The notes beneath the pieces were generated by a model, which searched no databases, had not been told where the DNA came from, and saw only the letters and a program-made list of their open reading frames with translations. Positions 1-9,702 of a stretch of DNA of 64,000 bases are shown in pieces. This stretch comes from Pseudomonadales bacterium (GTDB lineage: Bacteria; Pseudomonadota; Gammaproteobacteria; Pseudomonadales; JAHRWD01): contig JARGPR010000008.1 of the NCBI GenBank assembly GCA_029210125.1, positions 56,635 through 120,634 on the forward strand, in the 5' to 3' direction. Numbering within the stretch: the first letter of the stretch is position 1; the number at the start of each line of letters is the position of its first letter. The translations under genes were made by a program, and so were the position numbers.

Positions 1-2245
1 TTTGCCATTGACAGTAAATCAACTGACCCGTCTTGGTTACATTTTGATTAATACTCGCTTCACCACCGGACTGACTAACCAGTGCATCACGCAGTTCATC
101 GACATATTTACGAAGGTGTTCGGGAACAATTAATTCGTTTGCGCTACGTCCCATCGCCTCCTCTTTGCTGTATCCAAATAATTTTTCAGCAGCTGGGTTC
201 CAGTCTAGTACTTCAAGTTTTGGGTTCCATTCAATCAAGGCAAGTGGGTTTTGTTCACGAAAAAGCCGCATATGCTGTTCAGATATACGCACGGATTGCT
301 CGAGCTGGAATCGTTCGGTGATATCTGTAGAGATACCTCCGACCGCATAGATTTCATTATGCTCATCAAAAAGAGGATATTTGACCGAAAGGAAATGACG
401 AACCCCATCCTCCTGTTCAAACTGCTCGACAAATTCCTGAGATACGCCAGATTCTATAACCCGGTTTTCATGAAGTAGATGTTGATCTGCACTTTCGGAA
501 TCCATAATATCGTAACTATTCGCTCCAACGATTTTTTCAAGTGGTAGCTGTAATAGTTCCGACACATTTTCATTTGCCAATAGAAACCGGCCCTGCAGAT
601 CCCGGGTATAAATAACCGCAGGTGCGTGATCAATAATAGCCTGTAGATTTTTCTTTGAATTTTCTAATTGCGTGAACAGTTGCATCTGTTCAGTAATATC
701 CACCGACATACCGCAAACAGCATAAATTTGATCATTTAGATCATACAAAGGAAATTTGGTTGTTAAATATTTTCGGTTCTCTTCTGCAGTTTTAGCTTCA
801 TTTTGCCAGATAATCGTTTTCCCACTTTCAATCACCCGCTGATCTTCAGCCGCGTATTGATCCGCCATATCTTTGTCAAACAGGTCGCGATCAGTAATGC
901 CTAACAAGTCCTCATTTTTCATATTGAACGCACCCTCAAAGGCGCGGTTCACATCAACAAATTCACCGTTGAGGTTTTTAATGTAAAGCAGCGATGGCAT
1001 ATTATCCATAACCGCTTCCAACAACTGGTTGCGATCAAAAAGCGTAGTTTGTAAACGGTAATATTCAGTATTATCTCTGAACACTAAAATTGCACCGCGT
1101 ATGGTGCCATCTTCATTTTTAATGGGAGCCGCGCTGTCCGCGATATGATATTCTGACCCATCCTTGGATAGCAGGATCGTATTCTTATTGAGGCTTACCA
1201 CCCGCCCTGTCGATAACACTTCTGCTACAGGATTGACAAGCGGCTCACGGGTACTGCTATCAACAACGGGTAAAATTTCCTCCAGGGTTCTACCTTTCGC
1301 GTCGGCAAAGTTCCATGCGGTGAGGTTTTCAGCTACTGGGTTCATGCGAACGATTCGAGCATCGGTATCAGTAGCAATCACTGCATCGCCAATACTATCG
1401 AGCATTAAAGATAAACCCTGCTCTCGGAAGGTAATTTGCTCAACGGCTGCGGTTAATTCACGCTGCTGTTTTTCAAGAAAAATATCAGACTTACGAGTCA
1501 AAAACTGAAAAAGACCAACGCTGTTTTGCAAGCTATCGGTGTCTCTTTCATCCACACCCTTTAGGGAAATATCCCAGACCAGTTGACTCAGGTTTTTCAG
1601 TCGTCTTTTATGCAGTATATAGGCAAGTACAGCCAAAAAAGCAGCGCCTAAGAGAAGAGGAACCAGTGTGGGTAGGAATCGACCTAAAAGGCCTGAGCGG
1701 GCTTGCTGTGTAACCCACAGTAAATCGACTTTCTTCACTAGAAAGCCGATATGATGCCGATGGGAGATATCTTCCGCAAGAGCAAAAGAAACCGGCTGAA
1801 ACAATACCCAATAATTGATTTCATCCAGTAACAGGGCCCTGTGCTGCTGAGCCCGCCGTGCCTCATCCATGAGGTGCTCATATCCACTACCGACTAAACC
1901 TGGGAATATATTTTCAAAGGTTTTCCCTCTATCCGCAAAGGCGGTACTCGCGCGGACAATACCACTTTCATCAATCACCACGGCTTTAGAAATAGCAGGA
2001 TCGATACCCATCACCGATACCTCTTCCTGCATCTGTTCGAATTCTTGTTTTTGAAGCAAATATTCAAGTATATTCTGAGATTTCACTGATTCAGAAATTT
2101 CTTTTCGGAACAGTTCGTTGCGTAAACTGTTCTCCAGTTGCAGATAATTCACGTAAAGAGCAAGGCCAGTTTGCAGCGTTAAAATAAGGATAATCAACCC
2201 TAAAGCAGCAACAAATACAGGAGGGCGAAAACGCAACAATTTCAT
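1..2245 (-). CDS. Membrane-anchored multi-PAS sensor protein, 3' end outside window (output domain not visible)
   Basis: Not in the ORF track because it is open-ended. Manual translation from ATG 2245: MKLLRFRPPVFVAALGLIILIL (TM), periplasmic region, second TM, then four PAS-like repeats (LDSIGDAVIATD..MNPVAE; MDNMPSLLYIK..VNRAFE; IDHAPAVIYTRD; NPLALIEWN..WNPAAEKLFGYSKEEAMG). Confidence 0.85.
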   Translation of the reverse strand, partial: MKLLRFRPPVFVAALGLIILILTLQTGLALYVNYLQLENSLRNELFRKEISESVKSQNILEYLLQKQEFEQMQEEVSVMGIDPAISKAVVIDESGIVRASTAFADRGKTFENIFPGLVGSGYEHLMDEARRAQQHRALLLDEINYWVLFQPVSFALAEDISHRHHIGFLVKKVDLLWVTQQARSGLLGRFLPTLVPLLLGAAFLAVLAYILHKRRLKNLSQLVWDISLKGVDERDTDSLQNSVGLFQFLTRKSDIFLEKQQRELTAAVEQITFREQGLSLMLDSIGDAVIATDTDARIVRMNPVAENLTAWNFADAKGRTLEEILPVVDSSTREPLVNPVAEVLSTGRVVSLNKNTILLSKDGSEYHIADSAAPIKNEDGTIRGAILVFRDNTEYYRLQTTLFDRNQLLEAVMDNMPSLLYIKNLNGEFVDVNRAFEGAFNMKNEDLLGITDRDLFDKDMADQYAAEDQRVIESGKTIIWQNEAKTAEENRKYLTTKFPLYDLNDQIYAVCGMSVDITEQMQLFTQLENSKKNLQAIIDHAPAVIYTRDLQGRFLLANENVSELLQLPLEKIVGANSYDIMDSESADQHLLHENRVIESGVSQEFVEQFEQEDGVRHFLSVKYPLFDEHNEIYAVGGISTDITERFQLEQSVRISEQHMRLFREQNPLALIEWNPKLEVLDWNPAAEKLFGYSKEEAMGRSANELIVPEHLRKYVDELRDALVSQSGGEASINQNVTKTGQLIYCQWQ

Positions 2246-2247
2246 AA

Positions 2248-3336
2248 TTATTTACGCTGCTCTGAAGAATGGTGTTGTTGAGGGAACAGTGTCTTGACTT
2301 CAACTGGACCTGGTGTCATACCTTGCTGGAGCATCGAACTATAGAGGTGGGTTGCTGCTTTCAATAGTTCAGGATCTGAACCTTGCTGATAGCTTAAGAG
2401 TTGCTCATTCTGCTGCTTAGTTGGAAGTATTAAGCCATCATACGAAGCAAGTGTCTGTTCAGGGCTAAGCCCAATACGGCGGGACATAATATCAGCGGCT
2501 TTGTTGGGATGGGCTGAAAAATAATCCAGTGCCCGATACCATACATCTTGAATGCTACTGGTTATACTGGGGTTTCGATTGAAAAATTGTTCTCGAACCA
2601 CCAACACGTCAACTATTTCGCCTGGAATCTGAGTACTATCAAACAGCACATGTGCACCTCTCCGCAGCAGCGCGGTTTTTACCGGCTCAAAGGTAACCGC
2701 CGCATCAACCTGCCCTTGGGCGAAGGCTCGAAACTGCTTATCTATGGCCAGGGGCAGCACTTCGATTTGGTCAACTGTCATTCCATTAAGTTCAAGCGCA
2801 CGGCCCAGTACAAAAGCACCTAAGGCTGAGTTTTCTACCGCAATCTTTTTATCGATTAGTTCAGCAATATTTTTGATGTCAGGACGCGCAACAATAGCAT
2901 CGGCACCCGCTGAAACATCCATGACTAGCAGGATACGGGGGTTGTAACCCTGACTCAGCAGCAATATCGCTTCATCCAAAGTCAGTGCAGCGGCATCAAT
3001 AAGCCCATTACGATAGGCGCGCATTACCTGCGAAGCAGAGGAAAACTCGACCATCCGAACCTCTTGCTCGTTGAGGTAACCAAGTTCACGGGCCAGATAA
3101 AGCGGTTCATATCCGGGCCAAATATTGGTGCCAATCCGAAGCGGTAGATCCTCACTTGTTTGTGGGGTACAGGAAAGCGTAAAAACCGAAATCAACCCCA
3201 CTAACAAAAGCGCCAGGCTCCGCGTTAGTCGATTCCCTCGCCACGTGGACACATTTTCCAGACCACTTACCAAACCACCCCCTCTTCGATTAAAACTCAA
3301 AATCGTATTAACCATAATTTTTTTAGAGTTTAGCAT
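2248..3336 (-). CDS. NMT1/TauA-type periplasmic substrate-binding protein, probable lipoprotein (true start may be downstream)
   Basis: Hydrophobic segment ending in lipobox-like LSC; GTNIWPGYEPLYLA, DVSAGADAIVA, DAAVTFEP and PGEIVDVLVV motifs. Confidence 0.85.
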   Translation of the reverse strand: MLNSKKIMVNTILSFNRRGGGLVSGLENVSTWRGNRLTRSLALLLVGLISVFTLSCTPQTSEDLPLRIGTNIWPGYEPLYLARELGYLNEQEVRMVEFSSASQVMRAYRNGLIDAAALTLDEAILLLSQGYNPRILLVMDVSAGADAIVARPDIKNIAELIDKKIAVENSALGAFVLGRALELNGMTVDQIEVLPLAIDKQFRAFAQGQVDAAVTFEPVKTALLRRGAHVLFDSTQIPGEIVDVLVVREQFFNRNPSITSSIQDVWYRALDYFSAHPNKAADIMSRRIGLSPEQTLASYDGLILPTKQQNEQLLSYQQGSDPELLKAATHLYSSMLQQGMTPGPVEVKTLFPQQHHSSEQRK

Positions 3337-3529
3337 GGCATTGCTATATTTTTAGTGAGGTTTGGTCGAAGGAATTAGAAACCAGACCTATTAAAGTCAA
3401 GTCAGCATTCACTAATAGGTGGGGGCACGGTCTCACCAAGGCCCCAAGCGACTGCATTTGAACGCAGTTCTAGATGTAAACGAAAAGACGGTTCTGAGAT
3501 GGACTAGCTTAAGGAATCGCTCGAATTTC

Positions 3530-3562
3530 AAAAAAAAGGGCCACGTTATTTACGTGACCCTT
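3530..3562 (-). terminator. Intrinsic terminator after tRNA-Asn
   Basis: Minus strand GGGTCACGT-aaata-ACGTGGCCC followed by T8. Confidence 0.85.
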
Positions 3563-3588
3563 CTAAAAATAGCCTAAGCTATTGAATT

Positions 3589-3664
3589 TGGCTCCTCGAC
3601 CTGGGCTCGAACCAGGGACCCAATGATTAACAGTCATTTGCTCTACCAACTGAGCTATCGAGGA
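3589..3664 (-). tRNA. tRNA-Asn (GTT)
   Basis: TCCTCGATAGCTCAGTTGGTAGAGC..ACTGTTAAT..GGTTCGAG..GCCA; 76 nt with encoded CCA. Confidence 0.98.
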
Positions 3665-3681
3665 AGATATTGAGGGCGCAG

Positions 3682-3710
3682 ATTCTAAATCGGTTTCAAC
3701 CATAGGTCAA
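3682..3710 (-). promoter_or_regulatory. sigma70 promoter of tRNA-Asn
   Basis: TTGACC-17 bp-TAGAAT followed by a GC-rich discriminator (CTGCGCCC). Confidence 0.8.
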
Positions 3711-3748
3711 CAGACTGTTTAGAAAATTTATTGATCATCAGCTCGTGC

Positions 3749-4714
3749 TCACCCACCAATCATTTTCATTACGGTCGTTTCTCCAGTGAAATTCAGATCC
3801 TGCTTATCCTTCATCGCATTCGTAAGGATTTGATGCATCGATGCTAGGCCTTTATCACGTTCCAGAGACAACAAATCAGCAATATAGTGACGGCGGGTAT
3901 TGCTCAAGCACCCATATATAAAGCCTGCCGATGAAAGCCTTAAGCGGCTGCAGGATCTACAAAAAGGTTTGCTCTCATTGGCGATAACGCCAAATTCACC
4001 CTTACCCGGTATCTGAAACCGCACAGCAGTAGAGTCGACGGGGGCCTGGGTCGGGGCATAATCGTAACGCTCCGAAATTTGATCTAACAGGGATTTCATC
4101 GACCAGAACTCCTGCAGGAACCCGTCACCCTGTGCCAGGTGCCCCATTTTCATCAGTTCGATGTAGCGTAACTCAATACCCCGTTCAAGACAGTACTCCA
4201 ACATCGGTACTACCTGGTCGGCATTGTGCTGTTTGAGGGGGACCATGTTTATTTTCAATTTGACCCCCGACTCAATCGCCCTATCAATACCCCGAAGCAC
4301 CACGTTGAGGTCACCCCCACGACAAATCTCTTTAAAGCGAACAGGGTCAAGGGTATCAAGGCTGACATTAATACGACTCACCCCTGCATCGAGCAGCGCA
4401 GGTAACTTTTGCTCCAGGAATTGACCATTAGTGGTAAGGCACAATTCTGGGATATTGAGCGGCTTCAAACCCACCAGAAATGCCTCAAGCTTATTTGAAA
4501 GCAGGGGTTCACCACCGGTAATTCTGAGCTGCTCAATCCCCGCTGATTCAACAATCAAACTTACCGCCTGAATAAACTGCTCAACGCTCATTTCATGCTT
4601 TGCCTTGAGCAATTTCTTGCCATCAGGCACGCAGTACGTGCAGGCGTAATTACAGGCAGCGGTAAGGCTGACTCTTAATTTCCGGTAGCGACGCTGATAT
4701 GGATCCTGGTACAT
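3749..4714 (-). CDS. moaA: MoaA-family radical SAM GTP 3',8-cyclase
   Basis: CNYACTYC cluster motif, RITGGEP, C-terminal CxxCx13C and terminal GG. Confidence 0.88.
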   Translation of the reverse strand: MYQDPYQRRYRKLRVSLTAACNYACTYCVPDGKKLLKAKHEMSVEQFIQAVSLIVESAGIEQLRITGGEPLLSNKLEAFLVGLKPLNIPELCLTTNGQFLEQKLPALLDAGVSRINVSLDTLDPVRFKEICRGGDLNVVLRGIDRAIESGVKLKINMVPLKQHNADQVVPMLEYCLERGIELRYIELMKMGHLAQGDGFLQEFWSMKSLLDQISERYDYAPTQAPVDSTAVRFQIPGKGEFGVIANESKPFCRSCSRLRLSSAGFIYGCLSNTRRHYIADLLSLERDKGLASMHQILTNAMKDKQDLNFTGETTVMKMIGG

Positions 4715-4763
4715 GGCGTTTATGATAACAGCGACACAGTAGTTCTAGTAGCAATACAGATAT

Positions 4764-5864
4764 TTATATCTGTAGTTGTTCGTGGTTTTTTTGAGGTATA
4801 TCGAGCGTTGTTGTGGGGAATGCTACATCCGCACCGTTATCGTGAACGACCTCAAGCACTTTGAGCAAAACATCCTGTTTGATTTCATGAAAGCGAATCC
4901 AGTCTGTAGTCTTGGTGAAGGTATATATAAAAAAGTCCACCGATGAATCCGCGAACGTATTAAAGTTTACGATGAGCGTTTTGCTGTTATCGATTTCCGA
5001 GTGACTTTGTAGCAATGCTTTGACTTGCTCCACGATCGCCTTGATCTGGTGTGCATCCTGATAACGTAATCCGATGGTTTCGTGGATACGCCGATTGGTC
5101 ATCCGTGATGGGTTTTCAACCGATATGGTTGCGAAGATAGAGTTTGGTATATAAAGCGGCCGTTTATCGAAGGTACGTATACGGGTCAAACGCCAACCGA
5201 TGTCCTCAACGGTCCCTTCAATCTCTCGATCCGGTGAACGAATCCAATCACCTACTTTGAAAGGTCGATCAAGGTAGATCATCAACCCACCGAAAAAGTT
5301 GGAGAGGAGGTCTTTGGCAGCAAAACCGATCGCGATACCGCCAATACCACCAAACGCTAATACCCCGGAAACACTATAGCCAAGGGTTTGCAATACAACT
5401 AACAGTGCTGTAATCACCACTGTAGCACGTAACAATTTTCCAAGAGCCGATGCTGTGGTTTCATCCAGTGGCTTAGTCATTCGCTCTGGATCAATCAGAT
5501 GCAGCTCCGCCTCACCAATAAACCGAACAATAAACCAGGTGATAATCGCGATCACCGCCATCTCACGGAATGGTTGAATATTTTCAAAAATACTTTCTGT
5601 TGAGCTGCGTTCAATAACCTCTATCGCCACACTCAAACCCACCACCCAGACCATCCAGCGCAACGGCTGTTGACTCGCTTTTAAAATCGCATCATCCCAA
5701 AGGTTAGCGGTCTTTTTTAGCTGAAGCGTCAAACGATCGATAAAACGTCGAATAAAAAAATTGGCCAGGCTAGTCAGGAGTACCACACCAAATACCTGGT
5801 AAATCCAGAAGTTTTCATTTTCTAAAAATCGTCTCAATAACGAGACTAATTCCTGATATTCCAT
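4764..5864 (-). CDS. Small-conductance mechanosensitive channel (MscS/YnaI family)
   Basis: GIGGIAIGFAAKDLLSNFFGG, RPFKVGDWI, GTVEDIGWRLT, IPNS, AFPT motifs. Confidence 0.93.
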   Translation of the reverse strand: MEYQELVSLLRRFLENENFWIYQVFGVVLLTSLANFFIRRFIDRLTLQLKKTANLWDDAILKASQQPLRWMVWVVGLSVAIEVIERSSTESIFENIQPFREMAVIAIITWFIVRFIGEAELHLIDPERMTKPLDETTASALGKLLRATVVITALLVVLQTLGYSVSGVLAFGGIGGIAIGFAAKDLLSNFFGGLMIYLDRPFKVGDWIRSPDREIEGTVEDIGWRLTRIRTFDKRPLYIPNSIFATISVENPSRMTNRRIHETIGLRYQDAHQIKAIVEQVKALLQSHSEIDNSKTLIVNFNTFADSSVDFFIYTFTKTTDWIRFHEIKQDVLLKVLEVVHDNGADVAFPTTTLDIPQKNHEQLQI

Positions 5865-5868
5865 ACTG

Positions 5869-6879
5869 TTAAAGCTCGATATTTTTAATGTTTTGCAATG
5901 CAGTTTTCCAGCGTTTGCTACTTGTTAATGTTGCAAAATCCAGCCTACGTTTGCCCAGCATTTGCTGCGGCTGATAGCAAGCAGGGCCTGTATCGACATC
6001 CAGTTCAAGTAACTCAACAGCCCCTGCCCGATTATTACAAGCCAGTATGATATTGCATCCCGCCGCTAAAGAGAGCCTGCCGCGGGTGCAATAATCACCG
6101 GATGTTGCAACACCCTCCATGCTTAGATCGTCACTGATGATGAGTCCTTTAAAACCCAGCTCTATCCTAAGAATCTGTTTCAACCAGATTTCAGATATTC
6201 CGGCAGGCACTGAATCCACTGCGTTATACAGTACGTGGGCAGGCATAATCGCATCCAGTTTGTGGCGTAATCGTTGAAACGGAATCATATCCAACGCTTT
6301 AAGCGTAGCTAAATCACGCGTATCCACCGGCAATTCAAGGTGTGAATCCGCCGCCACTGAACCATGTCCCGGGAAATGTTTTCCAACGACGGACATTCCA
6401 GCCTCGTGCATACCGTCGATTAGAGAGGATGCCAACGAGGTTACAACCTCATAATCTCCATCAAAAGCACGGTCACCAATCACAGTGCTATTACCTGTAT
6501 CAAGATCCAGTACCGGCGTAAAACTAAAATCAACGCCCGCAGCCAACAGCTCAGAAGCTAATAACCAGCCACAGCTACGAGCCGCTTGCAGTGCCTGAAT
6601 CGGTGCACGTTGAAAACATTCACCCAAAGCAGACATCGGTGGAATTCGGGTAAAGGGAGATTTGAAACGCTGAACCCTACCCCCTTCCTGATCCACTGAT
6701 ATTAGAAGATCTGGTTTCAGCTGACGTAACGACGCGGTCAGTGCAGTGAGCTGCTCAAGGGATTGGTAATTTCTGGCAAAAAGTATGACGCCGCAAACCT
6801 TGGGATTAGCCACCAATTCAAGCTCTTCTGGAGTGGCTTCCGGCCCTTCCAGGTCGAGCATAATAAATCCACTATTCAT
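5869..6879 (-). CDS. nagZ: Beta-N-acetylhexosaminidase
   Basis: DQEGGRVQRF, KHFPGHG..DSH and SDDLSM GH3 motifs. Confidence 0.96.
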   Translation of the reverse strand: MNSGFIMLDLEGPEATPEELELVANPKVCGVILFARNYQSLEQLTALTASLRQLKPDLLISVDQEGGRVQRFKSPFTRIPPMSALGECFQRAPIQALQAARSCGWLLASELLAAGVDFSFTPVLDLDTGNSTVIGDRAFDGDYEVVTSLASSLIDGMHEAGMSVVGKHFPGHGSVAADSHLELPVDTRDLATLKALDMIPFQRLRHKLDAIMPAHVLYNAVDSVPAGISEIWLKQILRIELGFKGLIISDDLSMEGVATSGDYCTRGRLSLAAGCNIILACNNRAGAVELLELDVDTGPACYQPQQMLGKRRLDFATLTSSKRWKTALQNIKNIEL

Positions 6880-7364
6880 GCCGTAATATCTACCTCAGTG
6901 CCTTTTTCGACTTGTTCAAACAGTTCAATTAAATCGGAGTTTCTCATACGGATACAGCCATGGGATGCGGGTATTCCCATCGGTTCCCTATCCGGTGTTC
7001 CATGGATATAGATATAACGCCGCAGACTGTCTATATCGCCAAATTTGTTATAACCCCGCTCGCGACCGGATAACCATAAAATACGTGTGAGAATCCAGTC
7101 TCTTTCAGGATGCTGGATTGCCAGCTCAGGGGTATAGATTTCACCAGTAAACCGACGGCCAACGAAAACCCCCATAACCGGCACATCCGCACCAACCTTC
7201 GCGCGGATATAGTGCTTTCCCAAGGGGGTTTGTTCGCTGCCAAATTGCTGCCCGGTTCCGGCGCTGGCGCTAGAGATGGGGAATTGTTGAGTGGTGACGT
7301 GACCATCAACCACGGAGAGTTTTTGGGTTTTTATATCAATAACAAGCTTCACTGATTCAAGCAC
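6876..7364 (-). CDS. L,D-transpeptidase family protein (YkuD)
   Basis: IYIHGT..SHGCIRM catalytic motif; overlaps nagZ start by 4 bp. Confidence 0.92.
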   Translation of the reverse strand: MLESVKLVIDIKTQKLSVVDGHVTTQQFPISSASAGTGQQFGSEQTPLGKHYIRAKVGADVPVMGVFVGRRFTGEIYTPELAIQHPERDWILTRILWLSGRERGYNKFGDIDSLRRYIYIHGTPDREPMGIPASHGCIRMRNSDLIELFEQVEKGTEVDITA

Positions 7365-7384
7365 CGGAATATCGAATCATGGGT

Positions 7385-8389
7385 TCACGGAGTGTTCCGG
7401 GCCGGCCAGATCGTGCCCGATGGTTTTTCTGCTGTCAGGCGACGTAATTCTGGCGTTAACAAACTATCTGGCACTGTGTAGCCTTTAGTTACCTTAGCCA
7501 TTTTTACCGCATTGTCTGCCTTGCTGCTTTTCCATACATTACTCTTAGATCCGCTTTCTTTTTCTGTATCCGTTTCACCAAAGGGGTCAACAAAAGATAG
7601 TTTCGTTGCTACTAACTGTAGATCCGGCTCTTGATCCATTATATCCGCATCTGTTTTTGGAGCATCCGCCTGCCCATACATCCTGTCACCAACGATTGGG
7701 TAACCCGCCTCAGAAAGGTGTCGACGGATCTGGTGTTTACGGCCTGTTTCAATATTAATTTCCAACAACGAGTAATTCTTCACTTCATCGTATTCAAGCA
7801 ATTCTACTTTGCTGAGCGCCTTACGCCCGTCAATCTCACTATCCAGTACCATCGGTGATGGCTCTAATCGCCCATAAACACGCGCTCGGTAACGTTTATC
7901 AATTTGACGTTGCTCAAATAATTTAGACAATGCTGCCGCTGCGGTTTTTGTATGGGCAATTAAAATAAGTCCAGTTGCAGCCCTGTCCAACCGGTGAACA
8001 ATGAATGCCGGGCGATCCATATTTTGCTCAACCCAGCGGTTGATAGTGCATTGATCACCCCATTTAGAACCCTGACTGAGCATACCCTGGGGTTTAAAAA
8101 AAACACTGTAATCACCTTCATCGGCGATCAGCTCAGGGGTTTCTGGTAGTGCGCTTTGCACCACTTCATCATAATAAAGGTGCAGTTGATCTCCCTTCTC
8201 CAGCTTACGTTTTACACGTCGCAGACGACTGGTATGTTCATCGTGGGTCAACCACACCGCACCATTTTGCATCACCTGCTTAATCTTTTGTTTAGATAGT
8301 TCAGTTGCCAGAGAAAGTAATTCAACAGCTGTTTTACTTTCCTCCTCAACGGAAATATGTATTTCAAATTTTTGGGTTTCTTGGTTCAT
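7385..8389 (-). CDS. RluA-family RNA pseudouridine synthase
   Basis: HRLDRAATG, TGRKHQIR and PIVGDRMY motifs. Confidence 0.92.
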   Translation of the reverse strand: MNQETQKFEIHISVEEESKTAVELLSLATELSKQKIKQVMQNGAVWLTHDEHTSRLRRVKRKLEKGDQLHLYYDEVVQSALPETPELIADEGDYSVFFKPQGMLSQGSKWGDQCTINRWVEQNMDRPAFIVHRLDRAATGLILIAHTKTAAAALSKLFEQRQIDKRYRARVYGRLEPSPMVLDSEIDGRKALSKVELLEYDEVKNYSLLEINIETGRKHQIRRHLSEAGYPIVGDRMYGQADAPKTDADIMDQEPDLQLVATKLSFVDPFGETDTEKESGSKSNVWKSSKADNAVKMAKVTKGYTVPDSLLTPELRRLTAEKPSGTIWPARNTP

Positions 8390-8448
8390 TTAGGAATAAA
8401 CTATTTGGTTTTAAAGGTGTTTAGAAAGCAGTGCTGGTTAAATGAACC

Positions 8449-9075
8449 TTACTTTATCGGAGCTAACACAAGTTCCATTTTTCTGGAACTTGGAACGGTG
8501 ATACCAGCACGTTTACCTTTGAAGGTTTTATGCTTCACGACGCTTAAACCATGTCGAATATAGAGATCCTCCGCACGCGGATTAGTTTCAGCTACATCCA
8601 ACGAAAATACAGCGTAGCTGGAAGTTCGCGCAAACTCGATCTTGTTTTCCAGCATCAAGCTACCCACGCCACTCCCCCTCATGTCAGGGCTAACCCCGAA
8701 ATTTGAAAGATATAACTCGTCCTTTTTTGGTTCCTCCATCACTTCACCCGCATGACCCAACCTCTTCAAAACCTTCCATATTTCAAAGAAACCATAAAAC
8801 TTAAACATATTGAATAAAGTACCCAACAATAATTTTTTGTATTCTGTTCCATCGTAAAAACAGCCTGTACCTATAACAGAACCATCCTTTATTGCAACAG
8901 TTACATTGCTATACCCACAAAAACCTTTACCAGAATCAAATTCATATTGAATAAATTCAAGAGGGGTCTTATTTTCTGTTTTATAGATAAAGTCGTATAT
9001 CTCTGGACCCGCGCTATACATCAGGGAAGCAATATTACCGACATCGTTCTTTCTGGCTGCTCTAACCTCAATCAT
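8449..9075 (-). CDS. GNAT family N-acetyltransferase
   Basis: VSPDMRGSGVGS acetyl-CoA motif; NPRAEDLY..HG. Confidence 0.85.
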   Translation of the reverse strand: MIEVRAARKNDVGNIASLMYSAGPEIYDFIYKTENKTPLEFIQYEFDSGKGFCGYSNVTVAIKDGSVIGTGCFYDGTEYKKLLLGTLFNMFKFYGFFEIWKVLKRLGHAGEVMEEPKKDELYLSNFGVSPDMRGSGVGSLMLENKIEFARTSSYAVFSLDVAETNPRAEDLYIRHGLSVVKHKTFKGKRAGITVPSSRKMELVLAPIK

Positions 9076-9078
9076 TGT

Positions 9079-9615
9079 TTATGTCGCGGTATTTTTAGGT
9101 TTTGAGAAATAGTGGTTTAACTGTTGAATGATTTCTGATTCTCCGCTCTGATTTGTAATTACTTTTGTATCTCTATCAGGCAGTTCAAAGTCTCGACGAA
9201 GTGCTGCGGCGCTATCACTTGTTATTCCTTTAGCACGGCGACTAAGCCGTTTCACAATAAATTGATCCGATGCATCGACACATAGCATTTCCATATCCGG
9301 AATATTAGCTAGCAGGTAATCCCTATGGTGCTGTTTATAAACACCCTGTGTTACGACAATCCGGTTATATATAGTTTTTAGCGCCAAAATACGTTCTACA
9401 ACTACAGGAAAGTAGGCGTCTCTCATTTCATCGGTAAAAGGTCGCTGTTCTTTCAAAGCTAAAATCATTTCAGCGGTTAAATCATCATCGGCATGGTATA
9501 CATGCCAATCAGCCAGCTCCCCGATAAGGTTACCGATATATGATTTTCCTGCCCCAGACAAGCCGAACAAAAAAATAATTTTAGGCGCAAACTCTAGATT
9601 AAGAACCTGGCTCAT
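9079..9615 (-). CDS. P-loop kinase (gluconokinase/shikimate kinase-like)
   Basis: GLSGAGKS Walker A; ADD, PFTDEMRD and FELP resemble GntK. Confidence 0.75.
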   Translation of the reverse strand: MSQVLNLEFAPKIIFLFGLSGAGKSYIGNLIGELADWHVYHADDDLTAEMILALKEQRPFTDEMRDAYFPVVVERILALKTIYNRIVVTQGVYKQHHRDYLLANIPDMEMLCVDASDQFIVKRLSRRAKGITSDSAAALRRDFELPDRDTKVITNQSGESEIIQQLNHYFSKPKNTAT

Positions 9616-9702
9616 AGTATGCGTTTTCCTTCCAGTCTCAGTTCAGGTTTATTACCTAAATCGGTTTTCTATTTCTGCTGCATTAAATGAACGACGAGGC
9701 TT

